From an uncultured Clostridia bacterium (GTDB lineage: Bacteria > Bacillota > Clostridia > TANB77 > CAG-508), in contig CAKOPZ010000002.1 in assembly GCA_934101145.1 (NCBI GenBank), positions 28,866-92,865 on the forward strand: a stretch of DNA of 64,000 nt, written 5' to 3'. Position 1 is the stretch's first letter; the number at the start of each line of letters is the position of its first letter. Below, piece after piece: positions 17,249 to 27,739 of the stretch. Under the pieces are notes generated by a model. That model was given only the letters and a program-made list of their open reading frames with translations, ran no database searches and had not been told where the DNA came from. The position numbers were made by a program, and so were the translations under genes.

Positions 17249-18520
17249 CTAATCTTCTTCATTTACCCTTGTAATATTTGCACCTAATTTTCTGAATTTT
17301 TCTTCAATTTGTTCATATCCTCTATCAATATAATGAATATTATAAATATCTGTCTCACCATTTGCAACAATTCCAGCAATAAGAAGAGCAGCGCCAGCAC
17401 GTAAATCTGTAGCATAAACTGGTGCACCAGATAGTTCTTTTACACCTTCAAATACAGCTGTTTTTCCTTGCGATGTAATATGTGCGCCCATTTTATTTAA
17501 CTCTCCTGTATATTGGAAACGTGATTCCCATATACTTTCATTTATAATGCTTGTACCATTTGCAATTGATAGGACAACGCCAATTTGTGGTTGCATATCT
17601 GTTGGGAATCCTGGATAGGGAAGTGTTTTTACATTTGCTTTTTCAGGGCGTTTAGTTGCCCAAACTCTAATAGAATCTCCTAAGTCTTCTACATTTCCAC
17701 CAATTTCTAATATTTTTGCAGTAATACAATCTAAGTGTTCTGGAATACAGTTTTTAATTAATATATCACCTTTAGTTGCAACTGCGGCTAGCATAAATGT
17801 TCCAGCTTCTATTTGATCAGGAACAACGCTGTAAGAACCTTCTGATTTTAACTCTTTTACACCATTTATTTTTATAACATCTGTACCCGCTCCGCGGATA
17901 TCTGCTCCCATAGTATTTAAGAAATTAGCAACATCAACTATATGTGGTTCTTTAGCTGCATTATCAATTGTTGTTGTTCCTTCTGCTAAAACGCTTGCAA
18001 GCATAATATTTATTGTTGCACCAACAGATACAACATCCATGTATATATTGGTTCCTACCAATTTTTTTGCTTTAGCTGAAATTTTACCTTGATTTACTTC
18101 AACTTTTGCACCAAGTGCTTCAAATCCTTTTATATGTTGATCAATAGGTCTTGCACCTAAGTTGCATCCACCTGGAAGCCCAACTTCAATTTCTCCACAT
18201 CTTCCAAGCATTGAACCTATTAAATAATATGAAGCTCTAAATTTACTTGTTTTATCAAGACATGATTTTGTTGGTTTTATATTTCTTGTATCTATTTTAA
18301 TTTCGTGTTTTGAAAGCCATGTAATATTTGCTCCAAATTCTTGTAATATGTCGCAAAAAATATTAACATCACTAATGTTGGGTAAATTATTAATTGTGTA
18401 AATACCTTTCATAAGTAAAGTTGCAGGAAGTATTGCTACTGCTGCATTTTTAGCTCCACCAATTACTACATCGCCTTTTAATTTTGTTCCACCTTTTATT
18501 ACTAATTTTTCCAAGTTCAT
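17249..18520 (-). CDS. murA: UDP-N-acetylglucosamine 1-carboxyvinyltransferase MurA
   Basis: Conserved MurA body (KLVIKGGTKLKG...GAKNAA). Probable start is MNLEKL at 18520. The ORF-table TTG start at 18547 is likely an over-extension. Confidence 0.9.
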   Translation of the reverse strand: MNLEKLVIKGGTKLKGDVVIGGAKNAAVAILPATLLMKGIYTINNLPNISDVNIFCDILQEFGANITWLSKHEIKIDTRNIKPTKSCLDKTSKFRASYYLIGSMLGRCGEIEVGLPGGCNLGARPIDQHIKGFEALGAKVEVNQGKISAKAKKLVGTNIYMDVVSVGATINIMLASVLAEGTTTIDNAAKEPHIVDVANFLNTMGADIRGAGTDVIKINGVKELKSEGSYSVVPDQIEAGTFMLAAVATKGDILIKNCIPEHLDCITAKILEIGGNVEDLGDSIRVWATKRPEKANVKTLPYPGFPTDMQPQIGVVLSIANGTSIINESIWESRFQYTGELNKMGAHITSQGKTAVFEGVKELSGAPVYATDLRAGAALLIAGIVANGETDIYNIHYIDRGYEQIEEKFRKLGANITRVNEED

Positions 18521-18653
18521 TACCCCTTGCATTTTAAATTCAAACAAATATAGAGTTTAAACTTAATTAAACTCTACACTTATATATACCATAAAAAGTC
18601 AAAAAATACAATAGGAACAAAGTATTATTAAAATATGGTGATTTTTATTAATA

Positions 18654-19313
18654 TTATTTTATATTATTAGAATTTTTAATGTTATTAAAAAATTCGATTA
18701 AACCAAATTTTATTTGTATATCAGAAGTATGATTATCATTTATAATACTGTATTCTTCATCTGTCAAATTATTTTGAAGTAAAGATTTAGAATCTTCAGG
18801 AACAACACCAGATGTTACATCTACAAAACATAATGGAGGAAACATTACACACCACCAATTTTGCCCTTTACTTTCACCAATTTCTATTCTTAGGCAATCG
18901 TAATTACCTGCGGGAAATGAAATATCACCATATTTTTTTGTGGGAAAATCGTATTTTCCTATATAAATATTAACATCATAATTGTAGCCATTTTCTTCAA
19001 TTACCTTTTTGGCAATATTTTTAAATTCTTCTTGATGTGTTTGAGCAAGATTTATAACATCCTCTTTTGAAGTACAATTTTTAGAAATTGTGTTCATATA
19101 TTCTAAAACTTTATCACGAACTTTGTATTTTAATTCTTGATCTTCTTTTGAATCGCTATTTGCAATTACGTGAAGCCTAAAAACACTATCAGCAATATCA
19201 GAAGAGACTGCATCAACATAGAAAAATGCTGAAATTAATATATAAAAAAATAATAAAAATAAGATTATAAATAAACGTTTTAATTTGGAAATTTGTATAA
19301 ACTTTTTCATCAA
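18654..19313 (-). CDS. spoIIR: Stage II sporulation protein R (SpoIIR)
   Basis: N-terminal TM, then the VFRLHVIANSDSKEDQELK and GQNWWCVMFPPLCF signatures of SpoIIR. Confidence 0.85.
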   Translation of the reverse strand: MMKKFIQISKLKRLFIILFLLFFYILISAFFYVDAVSSDIADSVFRLHVIANSDSKEDQELKYKVRDKVLEYMNTISKNCTSKEDVINLAQTHQEEFKNIAKKVIEENGYNYDVNIYIGKYDFPTKKYGDISFPAGNYDCLRIEIGESKGQNWWCVMFPPLCFVDVTSGVVPEDSKSLLQNNLTDEEYSIINDNHTSDIQIKFGLIEFFNNIKNSNNIK

Positions 19314-19451
19314 AAACCTCCATTTGAAATTTATGTTATTAATTTAATTATTTACAGAAAAAAAAATAATATACAAAAATGGAAAAAATATATTGTAAAA
19401 AAATAAAATTTTAAGTGTCGAATTACGGCACACGATTTATTGAAAAATAGC

Positions 19452-19480
19452 TTGACTTATAAAATACGAAATGGTAAAAT
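19452..19480 (+). promoter_or_regulatory. sigma-A-like promoter upstream of 19515 gene
   Basis: TTGACT, 17-nt spacer, TAAAAT. Confidence 0.45.
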
Positions 19481-19514
19481 TTACCATAGTTAATAACAAT
19501 TAGGAGGCTTTATT

Positions 19515-20039
19515 ATGGAAAAGTTAAAAAACAGTCCTGAAAAAATATGTGGATTTTATGTAAGTGATTGGCATTTAGTTACTATGATACTTCCATATAT
19601 AAATAAAGAATTAAACGAAAAAGCCAACATTGTAACAATTTTAGAAAAAGATATTGAAAAGAATATTAAAACATTAATATCAAAATTAAATTTGAAAAAT
19701 GAAAAGAAAGTTTTAAAATTAAATTGGAAAGCAAGTAAAGAAAAAAATATAAATGAAATATTGAATAAAAATTATAATATAAATGAAAACAATAATATAT
19801 TATTTATTAGTGGAAGTAAAACATATATAGATGTTATAAATAATGATATTCTTTGCTGGCTAAAAAATAATAAAATAGAAAGTAAAAATTTAAAAATAAT
19901 AAATTGTTATGAGGTAACAGAATTTAATAATAATATTGTGGAAATATTAAATTCTCATAACAAAGTACTTAACACATCTGGAGAAAGGTACATTTATGAG
20001 GTGTTTGACGGGTATTCAGAGGCTCAAGAAATGTGTTAA
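19515..20039 (+). CDS. Hypothetical protein
   Basis: 174 aa. aggagg RBS. No recognisable domain. N/K-rich. Confidence 0.5.
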   Translation: MEKLKNSPEKICGFYVSDWHLVTMILPYINKELNEKANIVTILEKDIEKNIKTLISKLNLKNEKKVLKLNWKASKEKNINEILNKNYNINENNNILFISGSKTYIDVINNDILCWLKNNKIESKNLKIINCYEVTEFNNNIVEILNSHNKVLNTSGERYIYEVFDGYSEAQEMC

Positions 20040-20136
20040 AATAACATACTTGATTTTTTCTTAATTTTCATATACAATATGCATTACATGAATATTAGTA
20101 TAATATAAATATTATATATAAAATTAGGAGGAAGTC

Positions 20137-21006
20137 ATGAGCGTAAGAAAGGCAGTTATACCAGTTGCTGGGTTTGCAACTAGATTTCTACCAGCATGTA
20201 AAAGTGTGCCAAAGTGTATGCTTACAATACTTGATAAGCCAATTATTCAATATTTGGTGGATGAAGCAGTTGCATCTGGGATAGAAGAGATTTTATTAGT
20301 TGTAGGAAGAAAAAAGGAGGTATTACTAGATTATTTTTCTGATGATGTAGAATTAAAAGAATTTCTAAGAGAAAGAGGAAAAGAAAGTTTTATTCCACAA
20401 ATTGATCATTTGGAAGGCAATGCAAAAATTACATTTATTGAAGAAGAAGGAGGAGCCAAAGGTCTTGGTCATGCTATTTATATGGCAAAAGATTTTGTTG
20501 GCAATGAGCCATTTGCCATTATGTATGGAGATGTAATAATGCAAGGAAATAGACCATGTTTAAAAGAAATTATCGAACAACATGAAAAACTTGGAACATC
20601 AGTTATAGGTGTTGAAAGAGTGGAATGGAAAGATGTACCTAAATATGGTAATGTTTCAGGAGAGGCTATAACAGATAGACTATATAAGGTAGAAAAAATG
20701 CAAGAAAAGCCAAAAGTTGAAGAAACAAAATCAAATTTGGCAATATCTGATAGACATGTATTAATGCCAGACTTATTTGAATTTTTGGAAAAAACAAAAC
20801 CTGGAAAAGGTGGAGAAATTCAAGTTACAGATGCATATAACAGCATGGTTGGAACAAAAGAAGGAGTATATGCATATTGTTATGAAGCACAAAGATTTGA
20901 TGCAGGTGATAAATTAGGATTTGTTAAAGCTTCTGTTGATGAAACTTTAAGAAGACCAGAATTAAGAGATGAAATGATAAAATATCTAAAATCATTAGAT
21001 ATTTAA
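20137..21006 (+). CDS. galU: UTP--glucose-1-phosphate uridylyltransferase
   Basis: KAVIPVAGFATRFLPA...MLTILDKPIIQYLVDEAVASGIEEILLVVGR is the canonical GalU/GtaB N-terminus. Confidence 0.9.
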   Translation: MSVRKAVIPVAGFATRFLPACKSVPKCMLTILDKPIIQYLVDEAVASGIEEILLVVGRKKEVLLDYFSDDVELKEFLRERGKESFIPQIDHLEGNAKITFIEEEGGAKGLGHAIYMAKDFVGNEPFAIMYGDVIMQGNRPCLKEIIEQHEKLGTSVIGVERVEWKDVPKYGNVSGEAITDRLYKVEKMQEKPKVEETKSNLAISDRHVLMPDLFEFLEKTKPGKGGEIQVTDAYNSMVGTKEGVYAYCYEAQRFDAGDKLGFVKASVDETLRRPELRDEMIKYLKSLDI

Positions 21007-21067
21007 TAAGTGAGGGCATAATATTAAATTATTATGTCCTTTATGCTTTGGAAGAGGAGAGGAAATA

Positions 21068-22801
21068 ATGGAAGATTATATGGCAAATTATCAAGAATGG
21101 GTAAATAATCCAGTATTTGATAATGAAACTAAGAAAGAGTTAGAAAATATAAAAACTAATGAAGAAGAAATAAAAGAAAGATTTTATAAAAATTTGGAAT
21201 TTGGAACAGCAGGACTTAGAGGCGTCATAGGAGCTGGAACAAATAGAATGAACAAATATACTGTAACAAAAGCAACACAAGGCCTTGCAAACTATATTAT
21301 AAAAAAAGGTGGTCAAGAAAAAGGGGTCGCAATAGCATATGACTGCAGAATAATGTCAGAAGAATTTAGCATGCAAACAGCACTTTGTTTAAATGCAAAT
21401 GGAATAAAAACATATAGATTTGATTCATTAAGGCCAACTCCTGAGCTATCATTTGCAGTAAGAGAACTTGGATGTATAGCAGGAATTGTAATAACGGCGA
21501 GTCATAATCCACCAGAGTATAACGGATATAAGGTTTACTGGGATGATGGTGCACAAATTGTTGAACCAATTGATAAAGAGATTATTGAAGAAGTTAATAA
21601 TGTTACTGATTTTTCTAAAATAAAATCTATGTCAAAAGAAGATGCTATAAAATCAGGACTATACAATGTTATTGGAAAAGAGATAGATGATAGATATATA
21701 GAAGAATTAAAAAAATTAATTGTAAATCAGGAAGCAATAAATGAAATGCAAAAAGATATAAAAATAGTATACACACCACTTCATGGAACTGGAAATATCC
21801 CTGTTCAAAGAATATTAAAAGAAATTGGATTTGAAAATGTGTATATCGTGAAAGAGCAAGAACAACCTGATGGAAAATTTCCAACAGTAAGTTATCCAAA
21901 TCCAGAAGATCCAAATGCATTTAAGCTTGCTATTGAACTTGCAAAAAAAGTTGATGCAGATGTAATTCTTGCAAATGACCCAGATGCAGACAGACTTGGA
22001 GTATATGCAAAAGATTCTAAAACAGGAGAATATGTACAATTTACAGGAAATATGACAGGAAATTTAGTCGCAGAATATATACTTTCTCAAAAGAAAGTAA
22101 ATGGAACACTTCCTAAAAATGGAGCTGTAATAAAAACAATTGTATCATCAAATTTAACAGATGCAATTGCAAAAGAATATGGTGTAAAGTTATTTTCAAC
22201 ATTAACAGGATTTAAAAATATTGCAAAAATAATAAGAAGATTTGAGGAAGATGGAGGAAGCTATAATTGCTTATTTTCTTATGAAGAAAGCTATGGATGT
22301 ATTATAGGAACACACGCAAGAGATAAGGATGGAATAGTTGCTGTAATGACTGTATGCGAAGCAACTGCATATTATAAAAAGCTTGGATTAACTTTGTGTG
22401 ATCAAATGGAAAATATCTACAAAAAATATGGATACTATAGAGAAAATAATTTTTCAATTGTACTTAAAGGAATTGAGGGTGCAGAGCAAATAAAACAAAT
22501 TATGAATAAGATGAGAAATAATCCTCCAAAGGAAATAGCAGACCTAAAAGTGCTATCTGTTGGGGATTATCAAAGACAAATTATTCATAGTAATATTACA
22601 GGGGAAGAGAAATGTACAAATTTACCAAAATCAAATGTACTTTATTATGAACTTGAAAATAATGCATGGTGTTGCATAAGACCTTCTGGAACAGAGCCAA
22701 AGATTAAATTTTATATTGGCGTATGTACAAATAGTATAGAAGAAGCAAATATAGAACTTAAAAAAATAGAAGATGATATGAGAATGTTAGCTCAAATATA
22801 A
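21068..22801 (+). CDS. pgcA: Phosphoglucomutase/phosphomannomutase family (alpha-phosphoglucomutase, PgcA-like)
   Basis: 577 aa. Active-site TASHNPPEYNGYK, metal loop DPDADR and GTAGLRG motif. Confidence 0.88.
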   Translation: MEDYMANYQEWVNNPVFDNETKKELENIKTNEEEIKERFYKNLEFGTAGLRGVIGAGTNRMNKYTVTKATQGLANYIIKKGGQEKGVAIAYDCRIMSEEFSMQTALCLNANGIKTYRFDSLRPTPELSFAVRELGCIAGIVITASHNPPEYNGYKVYWDDGAQIVEPIDKEIIEEVNNVTDFSKIKSMSKEDAIKSGLYNVIGKEIDDRYIEELKKLIVNQEAINEMQKDIKIVYTPLHGTGNIPVQRILKEIGFENVYIVKEQEQPDGKFPTVSYPNPEDPNAFKLAIELAKKVDADVILANDPDADRLGVYAKDSKTGEYVQFTGNMTGNLVAEYILSQKKVNGTLPKNGAVIKTIVSSNLTDAIAKEYGVKLFSTLTGFKNIAKIIRRFEEDGGSYNCLFSYEESYGCIIGTHARDKDGIVAVMTVCEATAYYKKLGLTLCDQMENIYKKYGYYRENNFSIVLKGIEGAEQIKQIMNKMRNNPPKEIADLKVLSVGDYQRQIIHSNITGEEKCTNLPKSNVLYYELENNAWCCIRPSGTEPKIKFYIGVCTNSIEEANIELKKIEDDMRMLAQI

Positions 22802-22809
22802 GCATAAAT

Positions 22810-22844
22810 AAAACTGGATATGAGAAATTCATATCCGGTTTTAA
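22810..22844 (+). terminator. Terminator after pgm
   Basis: Stem aaaactggatatga / tcatatccggtttt. Confidence 0.6.
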
Positions 22845-22913
22845 AATTTATATTAACATATTGTGATTTTTTAATTTTTGTGATATCTTATATAAGATAG
22901 ATGATATAAAAAT

Positions 22914-22990
22914 GTGTCTATAGCTCAGTAGGATAGAGCGACCGCCTCCTAAGCGGTAGGTCGAGGGTTCAATTCCCCCTAGGCACACCA
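22914..22990 (+). tRNA. tRNA-Arg (anticodon CCT)
   Basis: GTGTCTA...TAGGCAC acceptor plus CCA. Anticodon arm ACCGC-CTCCTAA-GCGGT. T-loop TTCAATT. Confidence 0.85.
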
Positions 22991-23186
22991 AAAGATTGCA
23001 GTTAGTATAAAGCTAAAGTTAAAAAGTACTCTTTATTAAAAAGGGTACTTTTGTTTTATTAAATAATATTTTTTGAAATACGAAGGAAAGAATATTATGT
23101 CTATTTACATAATTTGATTATTGAGCGTTTTTATGGTATAATAGCTTTATGTGAGGATTCACAATATTTTTTTAGGAGGATTCATT

Positions 23187-24071
23187 ATGGAAGAATGGAA
23201 CGGTAAAAAGGTGAACTTCAAGCGGATTTATTCCCAGATTGTTAAATTTGGAGCAACAGTTCCAGAATTAGCAAAGGAATATGAAATGGAAGAACAGGCA
23301 TTTGTAGAGATGATTGAAAAGAATTTTGACCAAAAGGTGTTTTCAACACTTGTAAAGGCTAATAAGAGAAAGCTTAAGAAGAAAAGGAGCAACAATGAAA
23401 TGCTTTTAGCCAAACCTGTAGTAAAGGAAAGTCAGGAAAAGGAAGAAGAAAACAAAAAGATCAATGTATTTGAGACATCACTTGACTCTATCTTGAGTGG
23501 AGTAAAAGCTTTGGATAAGGTAAAGGAAGGCATTATTGCTGAAATTTCCCGTGAGGAAAAAACTCTCAATAAGGCAACTCAAATTCTCAATGCTTGTAAG
23601 GAAAGCGTTGCGGAAAAACAGAGAAACTTTGATAAGGCAAAGGAAGCTTTGAAGGCAGCGCAGAAGGAACAGGATAGGGCGAATGAAGTTGCTGAAAAGC
23701 ATTTTCAGTTTATTGAAAAGCTTAAATCAGAACTTAACGGAATTGATGTTCATATCAATGAATTGAAGGAGAAAGTTATCTATCTGGTAGCACCAGGTTA
23801 TATGGGTGAGAAGCCTGAGTTTGGTACGTTTTATTCCACGACAATGGTCGAAGGATATGATTCACTTTCTGTAGTTGAGATATCTGAAGATTACACCATT
23901 GAGCCGGAAATTAAGGATATGCTTATTGCAGGCTATGATTCTCTGAAGGATTATATAAAGGATCTTCGGTTTGTTATGCTTTGTATGGAGTATACCCTAA
24001 ATGACATTGAGTATACCGTTCTTGTCGATGATGAGCGTGTAAAAAGTCTTTTAAAGAAGTACGTTGAATAA
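23187..24071 (+). CDS. Hypothetical coiled-coil protein encoded by an atypically GC-rich gene next to tRNA-Arg
   Basis: ATG 23187 with aggagga RBS and its own TTGATT-17-TATAAT promoter (23115-23143). About 295 aa. Local GC is up to ~50% in 64-nt stretches, against a ~27% background. Uses codons rare elsewhere in the window (gcg, cgg, ctc, gag). Confidence 0.6.
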   Translation: MEEWNGKKVNFKRIYSQIVKFGATVPELAKEYEMEEQAFVEMIEKNFDQKVFSTLVKANKRKLKKKRSNNEMLLAKPVVKESQEKEEENKKINVFETSLDSILSGVKALDKVKEGIIAEISREEKTLNKATQILNACKESVAEKQRNFDKAKEALKAAQKEQDRANEVAEKHFQFIEKLKSELNGIDVHINELKEKVIYLVAPGYMGEKPEFGTFYSTTMVEGYDSLSVVEISEDYTIEPEIKDMLIAGYDSLKDYIKDLRFVMLCMEYTLNDIEYTVLVDDERVKSLLKKYVE

Positions 24072-24103
24072 GTCCTCTGGAAGATGCTTTGTAAAGTATC
24101 TAG

Positions 24104-24140
24104 AAAAGGCAGATATGGAAATTATCCATATCTGCCTTTT
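24104..24140 (+). terminator. Terminator after 23187 gene
   Basis: Stem aaaaggcagatatgg / ccatatctgcctttt. Confidence 0.6.
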
Positions 24141-24245
24141 GAATTAGGTGTAATTAAGTGTATTGTCAAACAATAAATTTTATGCTAAAATGATACAAGT
24201 AAAATTAAGAAAACAATTAATAAAAATGTCTTAAAGGAAATCTAT

Positions 24246-24707
24246 ATGGAAAATAAAATAAAGTTTATGAAAGAAGCTCTTAAGGAAGCTCAAAAGGCAT
24301 ATAATAAAAAAGAGATTCCTGTTGGTGCTGTGATTGTAAAAGACAATAAAATAATTGCACGAGCCCATAATGTAAAAGAAGAAAAAAATGATGCAACAAA
24401 ACATGCAGAGATAATTGCAATACAAAAAGCAAGTAAAAGATTAAATGCTTGGAGATTAACAGGGTGCGAAATGTATGTAACACTAGAGCCATGTAGTATG
24501 TGTGCGGGTGCATTAATTCAATCTAGAATAGACAAAGTATATATTGGAACCATGGATTATAAAACAGGAGCATGTGGTTCTGTTTTAAATTTACTGGAAG
24601 ATTTTGAATTTAATCATAAAGTGGAAGTAGAAAGAGATGTTTTACAGCAGGAATGTGAAAAAATGTTAAAAGATTTTTTTAAGGAATTAAGAAAGAAAAA
24701 AAATTAG
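24246..24707 (+). CDS. tadA: tRNA-specific adenosine deaminase TadA
   Basis: HAE (H..E) and PCxxC (EPCSMCAGAL) zinc motifs of CDA-fold deaminases. Syntenic with B. subtilis tadA-scr-dnaX. Confidence 0.9.
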   Translation: MENKIKFMKEALKEAQKAYNKKEIPVGAVIVKDNKIIARAHNVKEEKNDATKHAEIIAIQKASKRLNAWRLTGCEMYVTLEPCSMCAGALIQSRIDKVYIGTMDYKTGACGSVLNLLEDFEFNHKVEVERDVLQQECEKMLKDFFKELRKKKN

Positions 24708-24800
24708 GAGTGGTATCGAAGTGGTCATAACGAGGCTGACTCGAAATCAGTTGGATGCTGTTAAGGTGTCACGTGGGTTCGAATCCCACTCACTCCGCCA
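24707..24800 (+). tRNA. tRNA-Ser (anticodon CGA)
   Basis: GGAGTGG...CACTCCG acceptor plus CCA. Anticodon loop CTCGAAA. Long variable arm. Overlaps the tadA stop codon by 1 nt. Confidence 0.85.
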
Positions 24801-24825
24801 AATATAAATTTATGGAGGAACAAAA

Positions 24826-25569
24826 TTGGATAAGGAAAGAACAAAACAAATTGTAAAATTATGTTTTGCAGCAGCAATTGTAGTAATCATATTTGTTATT
24901 GTTGGAATTATAATGATAAAATATGAAGTTGAAGGTGATAAAAATATGCCTTTTAATTTATCAAAGATAATGATTGTTAGCACAGCAGAAGGTGTAGAAG
25001 AAGATGGAGAAAATAAATGGAACTTTGACGTTTATCAAAATAATGATGTTTATTTATACATTGATAAAAATGAAAAATATTGGGGAAATGAGGGCCATAT
25101 AGATAAAGTTAGAATAGAAAATATACAAGTTTTGGAGAGTCCTCAAGTTGGTGAGATTAAAGCATATATGCCCAATAGTACAGATGGAAGACTATATGCA
25201 TATGATAAAAACTTTATCGTCAATGGAAAGCTAGAGTATAAAGGAGCAAGTAAAAGTAATCCTCAAACGTTAGAAATTGGAAACCAGGGAGGAAGTACTT
25301 TAATTCGTTTTAGTAACACTGGTCTTGGGAAATACACTTCTGATGAGGATAAAGAGATTATTCATGATGGTTCATTGCTTGAAAAACTTAATTTGACAGA
25401 GGAGCAGATACACTTTAAGATTTCATTTGATATAGTAATATGTGCATTAAATCACGAATATAAAGCAAATGTAGTATTAGATATGCCTTGCGAAAATCTT
25501 ATTGAGCAGGGGACATCAAACATAGAGATAACAGATATGAGCAATATAATATTTAAGAGAGTGAAATAA
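24826..25569 (+). CDS. Hypothetical membrane-anchored protein
   Basis: 247 aa with N-terminal TM (AAAIVVIIFVIVGIIMI). Confidence 0.5.
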   Translation: MDKERTKQIVKLCFAAAIVVIIFVIVGIIMIKYEVEGDKNMPFNLSKIMIVSTAEGVEEDGENKWNFDVYQNNDVYLYIDKNEKYWGNEGHIDKVRIENIQVLESPQVGEIKAYMPNSTDGRLYAYDKNFIVNGKLEYKGASKSNPQTLEIGNQGGSTLIRFSNTGLGKYTSDEDKEIIHDGSLLEKLNLTEEQIHFKISFDIVICALNHEYKANVVLDMPCENLIEQGTSNIEITDMSNIIFKRVK

Positions 25570-25586
25570 AATATTCACAAAAATAC

Positions 25587-25615
25587 TTGATTAATAGACA
25601 AAAACAGTATATAAT
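25587..25615 (+). promoter_or_regulatory. Promoter of SRP RNA gene
   Basis: TTGATT (25587-25592), 17-nt spacer, TATAAT (25610-25615). Confidence 0.55.
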
Positions 25616-25621
25616 GCAAAT

Positions 25622-25757
25622 GGTATGAGAAATCTAACTATTGTATGGAGGAATCCAACAGGAAACTGTGAACCTTGTCAGGTCCGGAAGGAAGCAGCAA
25701 TAAGCAGACCTTTCTGTGTGGAATCTTCCATAGAATAGTTAGACTATTGTACCATTT
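25622..25757 (+). ncRNA. ffs: Signal recognition particle RNA (4.5S/scRNA, small form)
   Basis: Contains the conserved domain IV motif GUCAGGUCCGGAAGGAAGCAGC. The 5' end (ggtatgagaaatctaactattgtatggagg) pairs with the 3' end (cttccatagaatagttagactattgtacc). Ends in a T7 run. Sits in the tadA-dnaX interval as in B. subtilis. Confidence 0.75.
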
Positions 25758-25788
25758 TTTTAAATTAAAATAAGCGGGGTGATATACA

Positions 25789-27369
25789 ATGTCATATACA
25801 GCTTTATATAGAAAATTTAGACCATCTACATTTGAAGAAATAGTTGGACAAGAACATATAACAAGGACACTAAGAAATCAAATTATGGCAGGAAGGGTAG
25901 GCCATGCTTACCTATTTAATGGTGGAAGAGGTACTGGAAAAACCTCGGCTGCAAAGGTTTTAGCAAGAGCAATAAATTGCTTAAATCCAAAAGATGGAGA
26001 ACCATGTAATGAGTGCGAAATATGCAAAGCAGCTCTTTCAGGTTCGCTTACAGATATTGTAGAAATGGATGCTGCATCTAATAATAGTGTTGAGGATGTG
26101 CGTTCTATCAGAGAAGAAGTCAATTTTCTGCCTACTGTGGCAAAATATAGAGTATATATTATAGATGAGGTTCATATGCTTTCAACAGGTGCTTTTAATG
26201 CTCTTTTGAAAACGCTTGAAGAACCACCAGCACATGTAAAATTTATACTTGCTACAACTGAACCACAAAAGTTGCCAGCAACTATTTTATCAAGATGTCA
26301 AAGATTTGATTTTAAGAAGATATCAAATGAGAATATCGAAAAAAGACTTAAATTTGTATGTGAGCAAAGTAAAATAGAAATAACGCCAGAAGCATTAAAT
26401 TTAATTGCTGTTTTATCAGAAGGTGCAATGAGAGATGCTTTAAGTATACTAGAAAGATGTATTCAAGATGGTGAGGATAAAATTGATGAAGACAAAATAA
26501 AGGAACTTGTAGGTATTCCAAAGCTTACAATGGTTTCAAGTATTGTTAAAGCTATTTTTGAATATAATGTGGAAGATGCAATTGTGGCAGTTGATAATGT
26601 GCTTGATAGTGGAAAAGACTTAAGTAATTTATTATGGGAAATGATTAAATATATCAAGGATATTTTAGTATATAAAGTTACGCAAAAACTACAAATTTAT
26701 AGCCAAGATGAAATAAATGAAATTAAAAATTTATCTGATATGGTAGATAAAGAAAGGCTTTTGCAGATTATATATGACCTTTCAGAACTTGAAAACAATA
26801 TGAAATGGTCATCTCAAAAGAGTATTTTATTCCAAGTTGAGGTTATAAAATTATGCAGTAAGTTAAACACAGTAAAATATGTGGAAAGTGTGGATAACTC
26901 AGTTCAAAACTCTACAATCCCTGCAAATACACAAGTAAAATCTCAAAGTTTTCCACAAAGTGGTGTGGAAAAAACACAAATAAGACCTGTGCAAAACAAA
27001 CCAATTGCAAAGATGAATACAATAGAAGGCTCTAAAATACAAAATTGGGGCAAAATTGTAGGAGATTTAAAACAAACAGGTAAAATATTGTTATATACAA
27101 ATTTGATGAATACTAATGCTGTTGAAATTAATGATATGACAGTTGGAATTAATTTTCCAAATGGAATTACACCATTTGCAAAATCTGTACTTGATAAGCC
27201 GGAAAATATGCAGGAAATAACAAAACTTGTTTCTATGGAATGTGGCAAAGCTATGAGAGTTCAGATGATAGATGGTACAAAAAATAATATAGTTGAAAAA
27301 GAGAAAACAGAGCCAATTGCAGATATGGCAAATGATTTGGATATACCAATAAATATTATAGATGGATAG
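25789..27369 (+). CDS. dnaX: DNA polymerase III subunits gamma/tau
   Basis: [34 protein letters not shown] Walker A. Zinc module CNECEIC. Confidence 0.92.
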   Translation: MSYTALYRKFRPSTFEEIVGQEHITRTLRNQIMAGRVGHAYLFNGGRGTGKTSAAKVLARAINCLNPKDGEPCNECEICKAALSGSLTDIVEMDAASNNSVEDVRSIREEVNFLPTVAKYRVYIIDEVHMLSTGAFNALLKTLEEPPAHVKFILATTEPQKLPATILSRCQRFDFKKISNENIEKRLKFVCEQSKIEITPEALNLIAVLSEGAMRDALSILERCIQDGEDKIDEDKIKELVGIPKLTMVSSIVKAIFEYNVEDAIVAVDNVLDSGKDLSNLLWEMIKYIKDILVYKVTQKLQIYSQDEINEIKNLSDMVDKERLLQIIYDLSELENNMKWSSQKSILFQVEVIKLCSKLNTVKYVESVDNSVQNSTIPANTQVKSQSFPQSGVEKTQIRPVQNKPIAKMNTIEGSKIQNWGKIVGDLKQTGKILLYTNLMNTNAVEINDMTVGINFPNGITPFAKSVLDKPENMQEITKLVSMECGKAMRVQMIDGTKNNIVEKEKTEPIADMANDLDIPINIIDG

Positions 27370-27381
27370 GAGAGAAAAAGT

Positions 27382-27724
27382 TATGTCAAAAAGAGGAGGA
27401 TTCCCAGGAATGGGAGGATTTGGCGGAATGAATATTAATCAATTAATGAAAGAAGCCAAAAAAATGCAATCAGAAATGGAAAAATCACAAGAGGAGTTAG
27501 TATCAAAAGAGTTTGATGCTACTGCTGGTGGAGGAGCTGTTTATGTAAAAGTAACTGGCGGAAAAGAAATAAAAGAAATCACAATAAAAAAAGAAGTTGT
27601 TGATCCAGATGATGTTGAGATGCTTCAAGATTTAATCTTAACATGTGTTAATGAGGCTTTAAGAAAAGTTGACAGTGCTCAAGCAGCCCAACTTGGTAAA
27701 TACAATATACCTGGATTAATGTAG
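27382..27724 (+). CDS. ybaB: Nucleoid-associated protein YbaB/EbfC
   Basis: Start [12 protein letters not shown] at 27382 (ggagag RBS). Conserved position between dnaX and recR. Confidence 0.85.
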
Positions 27725-27739
27725 GAAGGATAAAAAGAT

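Noticed and set aside
23151-23186. ORF-table start at 23151 (MRIHNIFLGGFIM...) for the high-GC gene
   Set aside because: The ATG at 23187 has a strong aggagga RBS at ideal spacing. The upstream extension overlaps the -10 region of the predicted promoter.
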